From assembly GCA_031372565.1 (NCBI GenBank), contig JANMLN010000177.1, forward strand, positions 1 to 57,822: 57,822 nucleotides of DNA, given 5' to 3'. How positions within the stretch are numbered: position 1 is the stretch's first letter; each line of letters starts with the position of its first letter. Made by a program: the position numbers and the translations under genes. Below are positions 28,153 through 38,144 of this stretch, piece by piece. The stretch comes from Gemmatimonadota bacterium. Its GTDB lineage: Bacteria; Gemmatimonadota; Gemmatimonadetes; Gemmatimonadales; Gemmatimonadaceae. A model generated the notes under the pieces. It did no database searches. It was given only the letters and a program-made list of their open reading frames with translations, and was not told the origin of the DNA.

Positions 28153-28797
28153 GTGAGCACTCGTACCGCGCTCGGTCTCCTCGCTACGGTCGCGTTGGCC
28201 GCCCTCGCCGCGTGCGGCGACTCCGCGCGCACGCGCGATCCCGCACGCGACGCGCTGCCGCTCGACTCCATCCAGGCCGCCCTCGCCACGCAGAAGCCGA
28301 CGCACGTCGATTCGATCTTCCCCGCGCCGGAAGAAGCGCGGCGCTTCCGTCTCGAAGTCGGCGACTCGACCGACACGCTCCGTCATGCCGCGAACTCCCG
28401 GACGCAACTGATCGAGCGCTTCCGGATGGCCGTCGAGAAGAACGACGATGCGGGCCTCCGAAAGCTCGCCGTCGATGCGGCCGAGTTCGGCTCGCTGGTG
28501 TACCTCGACAGCCGCTATGCGCGCCCTCCGTACTTTCTCAAACCACAGACGGCGTGGTTCCAGATGAGCGCGAACTCCGACCACGACGCGTCGGTGCTCC
28601 TGCGCAATTACGGCGGGCGCCCGTTTCGTATTGCCAGCGTGACCTGTGCCGACACCGTCATCAGCGAGGGGCGGAACCGCCTGTGGGACGGATGCCGCGT
28701 GCGCTTCACCGGCGACACCACCAGCGCGCAGCTTTTCGGGGTCATTCTCGAGCGCCAGGGGCGCTTCAAGTTCCTGTCGCTCGCCAACAAGCTGTAG
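28153..28797 (+). CDS. Hypothetical lipoprotein
   Basis: Lipobox LAAC-GDS; co-directional; two further Cys; C-terminal GRFKFLSLANKL. Confidence 0.8.
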   Translation: MSTRTALGLLATVALAALAACGDSARTRDPARDALPLDSIQAALATQKPTHVDSIFPAPEEARRFRLEVGDSTDTLRHAANSRTQLIERFRMAVEKNDDAGLRKLAVDAAEFGSLVYLDSRYARPPYFLKPQTAWFQMSANSDHDASVLLRNYGGRPFRIASVTCADTVISEGRNRLWDGCRVRFTGDTTSAQLFGVILERQGRFKFLSLANKL

Positions 28798-28852
28798 CCG
28801 CGCGAGCCCACACAGCGGCGCGGTTGTCCTGCCATTGCCCTATCTTTTGCGT

Positions 28853-29926
28853 ATGAACCGTCTCGTCCCCTCCCGCCTCCTCGGCCTCGTGCTGCTCGGC
28901 AGCCTCGCGGCTATCGGCTGCGGTGGGGGGGATGCGTCGTCGCGGTCCGGTGCCGTCGATCTCACGGGCGCAGGCGCCACCTTCCCCTACCCGATCTACT
29001 CGCGCTGGTTCTCGGACTACGCGGTGAAGACGGGGGTCAAGATCAACTATCAGAGCATCGGGTCTGGCGGTGGCATTCGGCAGCTGGTTGAGCGCACCGT
29101 GGACTTCGGCGCGTCCGAGGCGCCGGTGAGCGATGAGGAGCTCTCCAAGGCCAAGGGGGGCGCCGTGCTGCAACTCCCCTTGGTGGCTGGTGCGGTAGCC
29201 ATCGTCTATCACCTGCCGGGCATCGGAAGTCCCCTGCGGCTCTCGGGCGACGACGTCGCGGACATCTTCCTCGGTCGCATCACCCGCTGGAACGATCCGC
29301 GCATCCAGTCTCTCAACCCGGGCACGGCGCTGCCTGATCAGGCCATTCTGGTGGTGTACCGTGCCGACCCGAGTGGTACCACCTTTGTCCTGAGCGATTA
29401 TCTCGCTCGCGTCAGCGCGGCGTGGAAGGCGGGCCCCGGCACGGCCAAAGAGCTGCGCTGGCCGGTCGGCCTTGGGGCCAAGGGCAACGAAGGGGTCGCG
29501 GGGCAGGTCAAGCAGACCCCCTTCGCCATCGGGTTCGTCGAGCTCGCCTACGCCGAGCAGAATCGGCTCTCGCTCTCGGCGCTCCGCAACAAGAGCGGCG
29601 CCTTTGTCGTGCCGTCGGTTCCCGCCATCGCGGCCGCCATCGATGGCGTCCATGCGCGCCTCGCTCCCGGCGATGACTTTCGCGTGTCGGTCGTCGACGC
29701 AGACAACGCCGCCGCGTACCCGATCTGCTCGTTCACCTGGATCCTGCTGTACCGCGATCAGGTCGATGCCGAGAAGGGCAAGAAGCTGGCGGACTTCATC
29801 CGTTGGGCGCTCCTTTCCGGCCGGGCGGACGCCGAGTCGCTCGACTATGCGCCCCTCCCGCCTCCACTGGCCGCCCGAGTCGAGAAGACGCTGGATCGCC
29901 TGACGTTCGGCGCCGCGACGCGATGA
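28853..29926 (+). CDS. pstS: Phosphate ABC transporter substrate-binding lipoprotein
   Basis: LTGAGATFPYP.Y, YQSIGSGGG, DFGAS, I..WNDP.I..LNP, R.D.SGTT, GNEGV, AYPI. Confidence 0.96.
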   Translation: MNRLVPSRLLGLVLLGSLAAIGCGGGDASSRSGAVDLTGAGATFPYPIYSRWFSDYAVKTGVKINYQSIGSGGGIRQLVERTVDFGASEAPVSDEELSKAKGGAVLQLPLVAGAVAIVYHLPGIGSPLRLSGDDVADIFLGRITRWNDPRIQSLNPGTALPDQAILVVYRADPSGTTFVLSDYLARVSAAWKAGPGTAKELRWPVGLGAKGNEGVAGQVKQTPFAIGFVELAYAEQNRLSLSALRNKSGAFVVPSVPAIAAAIDGVHARLAPGDDFRVSVVDADNAAAYPICSFTWILLYRDQVDAEKGKKLADFIRWALLSGRADAESLDYAPLPPPLAARVEKTLDRLTFGAATR

Positions 29927-30909
29927 CGGCGGGACCTGCGGGCAGCGCTCCGAATGCGCTGCGACCCGCCGGACGCGTCACGCGGTGGTCACGCACCACC
30001 CTGGGCGACCGGATCTTCGCCCTGATCACCACGTTGTGCGCGCTCGCGGTGCCAACCTTGCTCGCGATCGTCGCGGTCGAAGTGGCGGTGGCCGCCGCGC
30101 CGGCATTGCGGAGCACCGGCCTGTCGTTCGTCACGACGAGCGTGTGGGACCCGTCCCGCGGCCAGTTCGGCGCCCTTGGGGCCGCGGTCGGCACCATCGT
30201 CACCTCCGTGCTCGCGGTGCTGCTGGCAGGCCCGCTGGCGCTCGGCGTTGCGCTCTTCCTGACCGACTTCGCGACGGAGCGGGTCCGGACCGTCGTCGGC
30301 TATCTGGTCGACCTCCTCGCGGCCATACCGAGCATCGTGTACGGCCTGTGGGGCCTGTTCGTGCTGGTGCCGCTGCTCCGTACCGACGTCATGCCCGCCA
30401 TTCAGGCGCTGCCGTTCATCGGCCAGTGGCGCCTGTTCCAGGGACCCGCCTACGGCACGAGCCTGCTGGCGGGTGCCCTCGTGCTGGCCATCATGATCCT
30501 GCCGTACATCGCCGCCGTTGCGCGTGAGGTGCTGGCGGCGGTCCCGCGCGCCCAACGTGAGGCGGCGCTCGGGCTCGGCGCCACGCGCTGGGAAATGGTC
30601 CGCGATGCGGTGCTCCCGTGGGCACGCCCGGGCATCATCGGCGGTGTCGTCCTCGGGTTGGGCCGCGCACTCGGCGAGACCATGGCGGTCACGATGGTCG
30701 TCGGCAATCGCCATGACCTGCCGTCGTCGCTCTTCGCGCCCGGCTATACCATGGCATCGCTCATCGCCAACGAGTTCAGCGAGGCGTCGGGCGACCTGCA
30801 TCTCTCGGCGCTCATGGCCGTTGGCGCGCTCCTCCTGATCGTCACCGTGATTGCCAACGCGATCGCGCGGCTGTTGGTCGGCCGCGTCGCCGTGCCGGGA
30901 GTCCGGTGA
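29923..30909 (+). CDS. pstC: Phosphate ABC transporter permease
   Basis: LLAAIPSIVYGLWG, LAIMILPY, EAALGLGATRWE, LGRALGETMAV.M, IANEF.EA. Confidence 0.96.
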   Translation: MTAGPAGSAPNALRPAGRVTRWSRTTLGDRIFALITTLCALAVPTLLAIVAVEVAVAAAPALRSTGLSFVTTSVWDPSRGQFGALGAAVGTIVTSVLAVLLAGPLALGVALFLTDFATERVRTVVGYLVDLLAAIPSIVYGLWGLFVLVPLLRTDVMPAIQALPFIGQWRLFQGPAYGTSLLAGALVLAIMILPYIAAVAREVLAAVPRAQREAALGLGATRWEMVRDAVLPWARPGIIGGVVLGLGRALGETMAVTMVVGNRHDLPSSLFAPGYTMASLIANEFSEASGDLHLSALMAVGALLLIVTVIANAIARLLVGRVAVPGVR

Positions 30910-31826
30910 GCGGCCCTCCGGCGGATATCGTCACGATGCGCGCGAGCGGTTCGATGCGCGCGGCAGCCGAGCGCGCCGCCGCATCGGTCGCGCGCCGCCG
31001 CGCCGCGAGCCGCGTCATGGAGCTGCTCGTGTGGGCCAGCGTGGTGCTCGCGCTGCTGCCGCTGGCCGCAATCCTGGGCTATCTCGCGGTGCGGGGGATC
31101 GGTGCGCTGTCGATCGACTTCTTCACGCAACTGCCGGCTCCGGTCGGGCAGCCGGGTGGCGGCGTGGCCAATGCGATCGTCGGCAGTGCGGTGCTCGTCT
31201 GCGGCGCGGCGGTCATCGGACTGCCCTTGGGTGTCGGCGCGGGGGTCCACTTGGCCGAGCAGCCGGCCACGCGGCTGAGCCGCACCGTGCGCTTTCTGGC
31301 GGACGTGCTCAACGGCGTCCCATCGATCATTTTCGGAATCTTCGCCTGGCAGTTTGTCGTGCGCCCGATGGGTCGCTTCAGCGCGCTGGCCGGCATGGTG
31401 GCCCTCGCGGCCATCATGCTCCCGCTGGTCACGCGGACCACCGAGGAGATCGTGCGGACGGTGCCCCCACGCCTGCGAGAGGCCGCGCTGGCCCTCGGCT
31501 ACCCGCGCTGGGCCGCGTCGGTGCTGGTCGTGCTGCGGACCGCGTTGCCCGGCGTGGTGACCGGTGCGTTGGTGGCCGTTGCGCGGGTCGCCGGCGAGTC
31601 GGCCCCGCTCCTCTTCACTGCCTTCGGCAATCCGTTCTGGTCGGTGTCGGTCGACGCGCCCATCGCCGCGCTTCCGCTGCAGGTCTTCGCGTTCGCCAAC
31701 TCGCCGTACGACAGCTGGCATGCGCAGGCCTGGGCCGCATCGCTCACGCTCATCGCGCTCGTCGTGGTGATCACGTTGGCGGCGCGGTTCGCCACGCGGC
31801 ATGTGGGGCGTCGTGGCAACCGCTGA
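30906..31826 (+). CDS. pstA: Phosphate ABC transporter permease
   Basis: GG..NAI.GS, L.GVPSI..GIF, LREAALALG, AR.AGESAPLLFT, AWAA.L.L. Confidence 0.95.
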   Translation: MSGPPADIVTMRASGSMRAAAERAAASVARRRAASRVMELLVWASVVLALLPLAAILGYLAVRGIGALSIDFFTQLPAPVGQPGGGVANAIVGSAVLVCGAAVIGLPLGVGAGVHLAEQPATRLSRTVRFLADVLNGVPSIIFGIFAWQFVVRPMGRFSALAGMVALAAIMLPLVTRTTEEIVRTVPPRLREAALALGYPRWAASVLVVLRTALPGVVTGALVAVARVAGESAPLLFTAFGNPFWSVSVDAPIAALPLQVFAFANSPYDSWHAQAWAASLTLIALVVVITLAARFATRHVGRRGNR

Positions 31827-32595
31827 GCATCGCGTGGCCGCGGCCGTCGTGCTGGAAGCGCGGGGGCTCTCGGCCTGGTTCGGTGGACGGCAGGCGCTCT
31901 TCGACGTCTCGTTGGGGTTCGACGATCGCGCCGTGACCGCGATCATCGGGCCGTCGGGGTGCGGCAAGTCGACGCTGCTGCGCTGCCTCAACCGGCTGCA
32001 CGAGACGGTGCCTGCGGCGCACGCCACGGGAAGCGTGCAGCTGGACGGCGTCGAAGTCATGTCACGCGACGTGGACCCCGTCCGGCTCCGTCGCGTCGTC
32101 GGCTTCGTCGGGCAGCAGCCCGCCCCCTTTCCGGCGCTCTCCATACGCGGCAACGTGGCCGCCGGCGCGCGCATCACCGGCGCCCTCCCCGCAGACGAGG
32201 ACGCCATCGTCGAGCGGGCGCTGGTGCAGGCAGCGCTCTGGGACGAGGTGAAGGACCGCCTCGGCGCGTCACCCGGAGCCCTCTCCGTCGGCCAGCAACA
32301 GCGCCTCTGCATTGCGCGCGCCCTCGCGGCAGGACCGCGCGTGCTCTGTCTCGACGAGCCGACCGCGGCGCTCGATCCGCTCAACGTGCAGCGCATCGAG
32401 GAACTGCTGTACGATCTCTCGCGCGACGTGGCGGTGATCGTCGTGACGCACAACATGCAACAGGCCGCGCGCATCGCGGCGCGTACGGCCTTTCTCCTCG
32501 ATGGACGGGTCGTCGAGGTGGCGCCCTCCGAGACGCTCTTCACGACCCCCTCGGACCCGCGCACCGAGGCCTGGTTGACCGGGCGGTTCGGATGA
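31813..32595 (+). CDS. pstB: Phosphate ABC transporter ATP-binding protein, copy 1 (divergent signature)
   Basis: [54 protein letters not shown]; start 31813 (GTG) or 31801. Confidence 0.92.
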   Translation: MATAEHRVAAAVVLEARGLSAWFGGRQALFDVSLGFDDRAVTAIIGPSGCGKSTLLRCLNRLHETVPAAHATGSVQLDGVEVMSRDVDPVRLRRVVGFVGQQPAPFPALSIRGNVAAGARITGALPADEDAIVERALVQAALWDEVKDRLGASPGALSVGQQQRLCIARALAAGPRVLCLDEPTAALDPLNVQRIEELLYDLSRDVAVIVVTHNMQQAARIAARTAFLLDGRVVEVAPSETLFTTPSDPRTEAWLTGRFG

Positions 32596-33365
32596 GCGCC
32601 TCCCCCTCCCCGACCGGCGCGCTCCGCGCCCGACGGTTCTCGTACTGGTACGGCCGGGCGCAGGCGCTGCACGAGCTCTCGCTCGACGTCGCACCGCGCG
32701 CCGTCACCGCCATCATCGGCCCCTCCGGCAGCGGCAAGTCCACCTTCCTGCGCGCCATCAACCGGATGAACGAACTCGTCCCTGGCGCGCGCCACGAGGG
32801 GGAACTCACGCTCGACGGCGACGACGTGCACGCGCCGGGGCAGGATGTGGTGGCCCTCCGGCAGCGCGTGGGCATGGTCTTCCAGCAGTGGAATCCCTTC
32901 CCCCGTTCCGTCCGTGACAATGTCACGTACGGCCCACGGCTCACGACCCGACTGACCGCTCCCGAGCAGGACGCGCTCGTGGAAGAGGCGCTGCGGCGCG
33001 CCGCCCTGTGGGACGAGGTCAAGGACCGCCTCGACCAGAGTGCTCTCGCCCTCTCCGGCGGGCAGCAGCAACGCCTCTGCATTGCCCGTGCGCTGGCCAA
33101 CCGTCCCGAGGTCTTGCTGCTCGACGAGCCGACGTCGGCCCTCGACCCGGTGGCGACGCGCAAGATCGAGGAGTTGCTCTATGCGTTGAAGCGCGATCTC
33201 ACCATTATTCTGGTGACGCACAATCTCCAGCAGGCAGCGCGCGCCGCCGATGTGACCGCCTTCCTCGACGCGGGCCGCCTGGTGGAGATGGATACGTCGG
33301 AGCGGCTCTTCACGCGCCCCGCCGATCCGCGTACCGAGGCCTACATCACGGGGAGGTTCGGGTGA
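32592..33365 (+). CDS. pstB: Phosphate ABC transporter ATP-binding protein, copy 2
   Basis: [52 protein letters not shown]. Confidence 0.95.
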   Translation: MSASPSPTGALRARRFSYWYGRAQALHELSLDVAPRAVTAIIGPSGSGKSTFLRAINRMNELVPGARHEGELTLDGDDVHAPGQDVVALRQRVGMVFQQWNPFPRSVRDNVTYGPRLTTRLTAPEQDALVEEALRRAALWDEVKDRLDQSALALSGGQQQRLCIARALANRPEVLLLDEPTSALDPVATRKIEELLYALKRDLTIILVTHNLQQAARAADVTAFLDAGRLVEMDTSERLFTRPADPRTEAYITGRFG

Positions 33366-34090
33366 GCACGTCCGGTGTCAACGTCGGGTTCCGTCACTTC
33401 CACGATCAGCTGGGCGTCCTGCGCCAGCGGCTGCTCGACATGTCCGAGCGCGCCGAATCACTGGTGGCGCTCTCGGTCGAGTCGCTGCTGCAGCGCGACC
33501 GTGGCAAGGCCGAGGCCGTGATCAATGGCGACACCGAAGTGGACAACCTGGAGCTCGAAGTCGAGGCGCTCGCCGTCAACCTGCTCGCGCTGCAGCAGCC
33601 GATGGCGCGCGATCTCCGCTTCATCATCGCCGCCATCAAGGTGTCGAGCGATCTGGAGCGCGTCGGCGATCACGCGGTCAATATTGCGCAGTGCACCGAG
33701 CGCCTGCTCGCCACGCCGATGACGATCACCCCTGCGCCCGAGCTGGAGGACATGGCGCGCCGCGCGCGTTCGATGCTCTCCGATGCCCTCGATGCGCTCG
33801 TGCGCGGCGACGGCGCCCTCGGTCGCGAGGTCTGTCGACGGGACGATCAGGTCGATGCGCTGCACAACTCGCTCTTCCGCATCCTGATCACCCACATGAT
33901 GGGCGATGCCCGCACCATCACCCCCGGGCTCGAACTGCTGCTCGTGAGCCGCAACCTCGAGCGCGTCGCCGACCTCGCTACCAATATCGGCGAAGACGCC
34001 GTCTTCCTCGCCGAGGGCAAGTCGATCAAGCATCGCAGCGAACAGGTGGAGCAGATCGACTCCCCGCGTCGACTGGTCGTCGACGGCTGA
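33362..34090 (+). CDS. phoU: Phosphate signalling complex protein PhoU
   Basis: [40 protein letters not shown]. Confidence 0.96.
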   Translation: MSTSGVNVGFRHFHDQLGVLRQRLLDMSERAESLVALSVESLLQRDRGKAEAVINGDTEVDNLELEVEALAVNLLALQQPMARDLRFIIAAIKVSSDLERVGDHAVNIAQCTERLLATPMTITPAPELEDMARRARSMLSDALDALVRGDGALGREVCRRDDQVDALHNSLFRILITHMMGDARTITPGLELLLVSRNLERVADLATNIGEDAVFLAEGKSIKHRSEQVEQIDSPRRLVVDG

Positions 34091-35724
34091 TGGCCACCAT
34101 CGTCCGCGGGTCGCCGGCCGTCGACACCTCGTCGCGCCCCTATCGCGATGACGGCGAGAAGCGCATCGCGGCCATCGACATCGGCTCCAACTCGATCCGC
34201 CAGATCGTCGCGGACGTGAGCCCGAGCGGGGCCATTCGCGTCGTCGATGAAATGAAGGCCGCGCCGCGCCTCGGGGCCGGCCTCGCCAAGTCCGGACGAC
34301 TGGATCCCGCCTCGATCCTCGCCGCCACGGATGCCGTCACGCGCATGGTGACGCTCGCGCGACACTTGGGTGTCAAGCGCGTCGAAGCCGTGGCCACGAG
34401 CGCCGTGCGTGACGCCGAAAACGGGCTCGACTTCGTGGAGGCGGTCAAGAAGGCGATCGGTCTCCGGGTCAAGCTGCTCAAGGGCGAGGAGGAGGCACGC
34501 CTCTCGTGGGTGAGTGCGATCGCGCACTTCGATCTGGGAACGGGGCGCGCCGTGGTCATGGACATCGGCGGCGGTTCGCTGGAGCTCGCCCTGTCCGCGG
34601 ACGGCTTGCTCGAACGCCTGGTCAGCGTGCCCTTCGGCACGATCCGCATGAGCGAGAAGTTCCTGCGCCCCGACGCGACCTTCAAGCGCGTGCGCCGGCT
34701 GCGCAAGTTCGTGCGCGACGACATCCGCGACATTCTGCCGGTGCGCGACTGGCGTGGGGCCCGCGTGATCGGCTCCGGCGGCACCTTCACCAACCTGGCG
34801 GGGATGCTCCTCGCGCGGCAGGGCGTGCCCAAGGCGCGCACCGTGCACGGCACCCGCATCGTGCGCGAGGATCTGGAGCACCTCCTCGACACGCTGCAGC
34901 AGATGAGCGCCGACGAACGCTCGCAGGTGCCGGGACTCAACCCCGCGCGTGCGGACATCATCGTGGCCGGCCTCGCCGTCGTGGCCGAGGTGATGGCGCG
35001 ACTCGAGTCGCGCGCCCTCTTCTGCAGCGCGTACGGAATCCGCGAGGGGCTGCTCCTCGAGACGGCCAAGGTGAGCCCCTCGGTCACCGACCCCGGCGAG
35101 GCGCGCGAGCGATCCGTCCGCGAATTCGCCGAGCGGTGCCGCTACGAGGCGCCCCATGCCCGACAGGTGCAACGACTCGCGTTGCAACTCTTCGACGCCA
35201 TCGGCGCGCGTCTGGGCTGTGAGCCGGGCGACCGGCAGGTACTCTCCGATGCCGCCCTGCTGCACGACATCGGCTACCACATCAACTACGACAAGCACCA
35301 CAAGCACTCGTATCACCTGATCCTGCACGCCGACCTGCTCGGCATGACGCCGTCGGAACAGGTGGCGGTGGCCAACATCGCCCGCTACCACCGCGGTTCG
35401 CCGCCCAAGAAGTCGCACGACAACCTGGCCGGGCTCACCTCGGAGATGCGCAAGCAGATCCGTCGCCTCTCGGCCATCCTGCGCCTGGCCGATGGCTTCG
35501 ATCGAGGTCACGTCGGCGGTGTCGCCGACGTGAAAGTGCGCTGGCTGCAGCGCGCCATTCGCGTGCACGCCACGCCGGTGCCGCGTGCGGTGCTCCGGCT
35601 CGAACTGTGGGGTGCGGCGCGGAAGGCCGCCATGCTCGCCGAGCTGGCAGGGGTACCGGTGGAAGTGCTGGGACCCGACGGGAAGGTCGTCGAAGTGCTC
35701 ACCGACGACGGCGACGGGGATTAG
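34090..35724 (+). CDS. ppx: Ppx/GppA exopolyphosphatase with C-terminal HD domain
   Basis: AAIDIGSNS, ATSAVRDA.N, G.EEARL, DIGGGS.E, RADII.AG, GIREG, LLHDIG, LRLAD. Confidence 0.95.
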   Translation: MATIVRGSPAVDTSSRPYRDDGEKRIAAIDIGSNSIRQIVADVSPSGAIRVVDEMKAAPRLGAGLAKSGRLDPASILAATDAVTRMVTLARHLGVKRVEAVATSAVRDAENGLDFVEAVKKAIGLRVKLLKGEEEARLSWVSAIAHFDLGTGRAVVMDIGGGSLELALSADGLLERLVSVPFGTIRMSEKFLRPDATFKRVRRLRKFVRDDIRDILPVRDWRGARVIGSGGTFTNLAGMLLARQGVPKARTVHGTRIVREDLEHLLDTLQQMSADERSQVPGLNPARADIIVAGLAVVAEVMARLESRALFCSAYGIREGLLLETAKVSPSVTDPGEARERSVREFAERCRYEAPHARQVQRLALQLFDAIGARLGCEPGDRQVLSDAALLHDIGYHINYDKHHKHSYHLILHADLLGMTPSEQVAVANIARYHRGSPPKKSHDNLAGLTSEMRKQIRRLSAILRLADGFDRGHVGGVADVKVRWLQRAIRVHATPVPRAVLRLELWGAARKAAMLAELAGVPVEVLGPDGKVVEVLTDDGDGD

Positions 35725-35760
35725 CGATCAGCGCGTCGCGCTGCTGCGCGGCGCACGGCC

Positions 35761-37938
35761 TCACCCCATCCGTGGCGTCCGGGTCCGCTTCTTCTTGACC
35801 GTCGACGTGTTCGCCGGTGGCGCATCGACAATCGCCTGCATCGACCCGCTCGCGCGCGCCATCCCCCAGCTCTCGCGCAGCAGCGCCAGATGCGTGCCGC
35901 GCTCCATCTCCCCCGGCGCCGGGACCCGCTGCACGTAGGAACCGTCCGGCTTGAGCTCCCACGCCTGGCGATTGTCGGCGAGGCACACATCGAGCACGCG
36001 CTTCAGGCGCGCATGGTGCGCAGGATCCTCGACGGGCACGATCACCTCGACGCGCCGGTCGAGGTTGCGCGGCATCCAGTCGGCCGAGCCGATGTAATAC
36101 TCCCCCGCCCCCTCGTTGTGGAAATACCAGACGCGCGAGTGCTCGAGGAAGCGCCCGATCACCGAGATGACGCGGATGTTCTCGCTCGTGCCGGGAATGC
36201 CGGGACGCAAGCAGCAGATGCCGCGGATCACGAGGTCGATCTGCACGCCGGCGTGACCCGCCCGGTACAGCGCGTCGATGATGTCCACGTCGACCAGCGC
36301 ATTCATCTTCGCGGTGATGCGCGCCGGCTTCCCCGCCTGCGCATTGGCCGTCTCGCGCGCAATCAGCTCCACGAACCGGTTGCGCATGTTGGCCGGCGCC
36401 ACGAGCAGCTTGCGATACAACCGCTGGCGGCTGTACCCGGTGAGCAGGTTGAACAGGTCGGTGAGGTCGGCCCCCAGCGACGGCGAACAGCTGAACAGCC
36501 CGATGTCGGTGTAGAAGCGCGCCGTCTTGCCGTTGTAGTTGCCGGTCCCGATGTGCACGTAGCGCCGGATCCCCTCGGGCTCGCGCCGCACCACGAGGGC
36601 GATCTTCGAATGCGTCTTGAGCCCCGGCAGCCCGTATGTCACGTGCACGCCGTATGACTCCAGCGTGCGCGCCCAGGTGATGTTGTTGGCCTCGTCGAAG
36701 CGCGCCTGCAGCTCCACCAGCACGGCCACCTGCTTGCCCGCCTGCGCCGCTTCGGTGAGCGCGCGCACGATCGCCGTCTCGCCGCTCGTGCGATAGAGCG
36801 TCAGCTTGATCGCGAGCACGTTCGGGTCGGCCGCCGCTTCCTCCAGGAACCGCTCCACCGTCCCCTGGAACGAATCGAACGGGTGATGCACGAGCAGGTC
36901 GCGCTCGCGGATCACGTCGAAGATCGACTTGGTCTCGTCGCGCACTTCGACCGGCGTCACCGGCGAGAACGGCGCGTCGTGCAACTCGCTCAGGTCGATC
37001 ATCGCGAGCGCCATCAGGTCGCCCAGCTCGAGCAACGGCCCTGCATCCTGCACGTCGCGCGGCCCGAGCGGGGCCACCGGATCGTTCAGGTCGTGCAGTT
37101 CGTCGGCCAGCAGCGTGCGCAGCTCGGCCGGCATCCCGTCCTGCACCTCCAGGCGGACCACCTCGCCGAATCGGCGGCGAAACACCTGCTCCTCGATCGT
37201 CGCCAGCAGGTCCTCGTTCTCTTCGATCGATCCCAGGTCGAGGTCCGAATAGCGCGTCACGCGGAACGCATGCCACCCCAGGATTTCCATCCCGGGGAAG
37301 AGTGCGCTCAGGTTGGCGCCGATCACCTCTTCGAGCGGCACGAACTGGTGCGGACGGCCGAAGCTCACCCACCGCGGCAAGCTCTTGGGCACCTTCACGC
37401 GCGCGAACTGCTCCGAGCCGTTGTCCGGGTCACGAAGCCGCACCGCCAACGACAGCGAGAGGTTCGAGATGTACGGGAACGGGTGCCCAGGATCGACCGC
37501 GAGCGGCGTCAGCACCGGAAAGACCTGCGACTCGAAGAACTGGTCGACCGTCGCCCACTCGCTGCTGGTGAGCTCCGACATCGCCACCAGTCGGACACCC
37601 AGCGCCGACAACCTCGGCAGGATCAGCTGATGCAGGCACTCGCGCTGTCGAGCCGACAGCTCGGCCACGCGCAGATGGATCCGGTCGAGCGCTTCTTGCG
37701 GCGAGATCCCGTCCGGGCCCGCGATCTGCACGCCAGCAGCCACCTGACGCCGCAGTCCCGCCACCCGGACCATGAAGAACTCGTCCAGGTTCGTGCTGAA
37801 GATCGACAGGAACTTGAGCCGCTCCAGCAGCGGCGTGCGATCGTCAATCGCCTCGTGCAACACCCGCGCGTTGAACTCGAGCCACGAGAGCTCGCGGTTC
37901 AGGTAGAGAGCGGGGGTTGGGTAGCTGTCGGTAGTCAC
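35761..37938 (-). CDS. ppk1: Polyphosphate kinase 1
   Basis: NRELSWLEFN.RVL, NLDEFFMVRVAGL, HPFPYISNLSL, HHPF.SF, IK.TLYRT, LKTHSK, GTGNYN, GRFLEHSR, SADWMPRNLDRRVE. Confidence 0.97.
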   Translation of the reverse strand: MTTDSYPTPALYLNRELSWLEFNARVLHEAIDDRTPLLERLKFLSIFSTNLDEFFMVRVAGLRRQVAAGVQIAGPDGISPQEALDRIHLRVAELSARQRECLHQLILPRLSALGVRLVAMSELTSSEWATVDQFFESQVFPVLTPLAVDPGHPFPYISNLSLSLAVRLRDPDNGSEQFARVKVPKSLPRWVSFGRPHQFVPLEEVIGANLSALFPGMEILGWHAFRVTRYSDLDLGSIEENEDLLATIEEQVFRRRFGEVVRLEVQDGMPAELRTLLADELHDLNDPVAPLGPRDVQDAGPLLELGDLMALAMIDLSELHDAPFSPVTPVEVRDETKSIFDVIRERDLLVHHPFDSFQGTVERFLEEAAADPNVLAIKLTLYRTSGETAIVRALTEAAQAGKQVAVLVELQARFDEANNITWARTLESYGVHVTYGLPGLKTHSKIALVVRREPEGIRRYVHIGTGNYNGKTARFYTDIGLFSCSPSLGADLTDLFNLLTGYSRQRLYRKLLVAPANMRNRFVELIARETANAQAGKPARITAKMNALVDVDIIDALYRAGHAGVQIDLVIRGICCLRPGIPGTSENIRVISVIGRFLEHSRVWYFHNEGAGEYYIGSADWMPRNLDRRVEVIVPVEDPAHHARLKRVLDVCLADNRQAWELKPDGSYVQRVPAPGEMERGTHLALLRESWGMARASGSMQAIVDAPPANTSTVKKKRTRTPRMG

Positions 37939-38062
37939 GTGAGCGTCCGGGAGCCTATAGACGACGAGACGCCCGTGGAGGCCGCGGACGTCATCAATCG
38001 CCTGACTCTCAATGTTTAGCGCATTTCGCTCGAAAACGGCAGTCCGCGAACGAGGGATATTC

Positions 38063-38089
38063 GTTACAAAACGACATCATGTTTGTAAC
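38063..38089. promoter_or_regulatory. AT-rich palindrome / phased GTNAC site upstream of ppk1
   Basis: GTTACAAA-N11-TTTGTAAC; the two GTNAC cores are 22 bp apart. Confidence 0.55.
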
Positions 38090-38144
38090 ATTGCCCGTCG
38101 GGTTCACTGCCTGACGCGCCACGGAACGTGGGGTCGCTGCAGCA

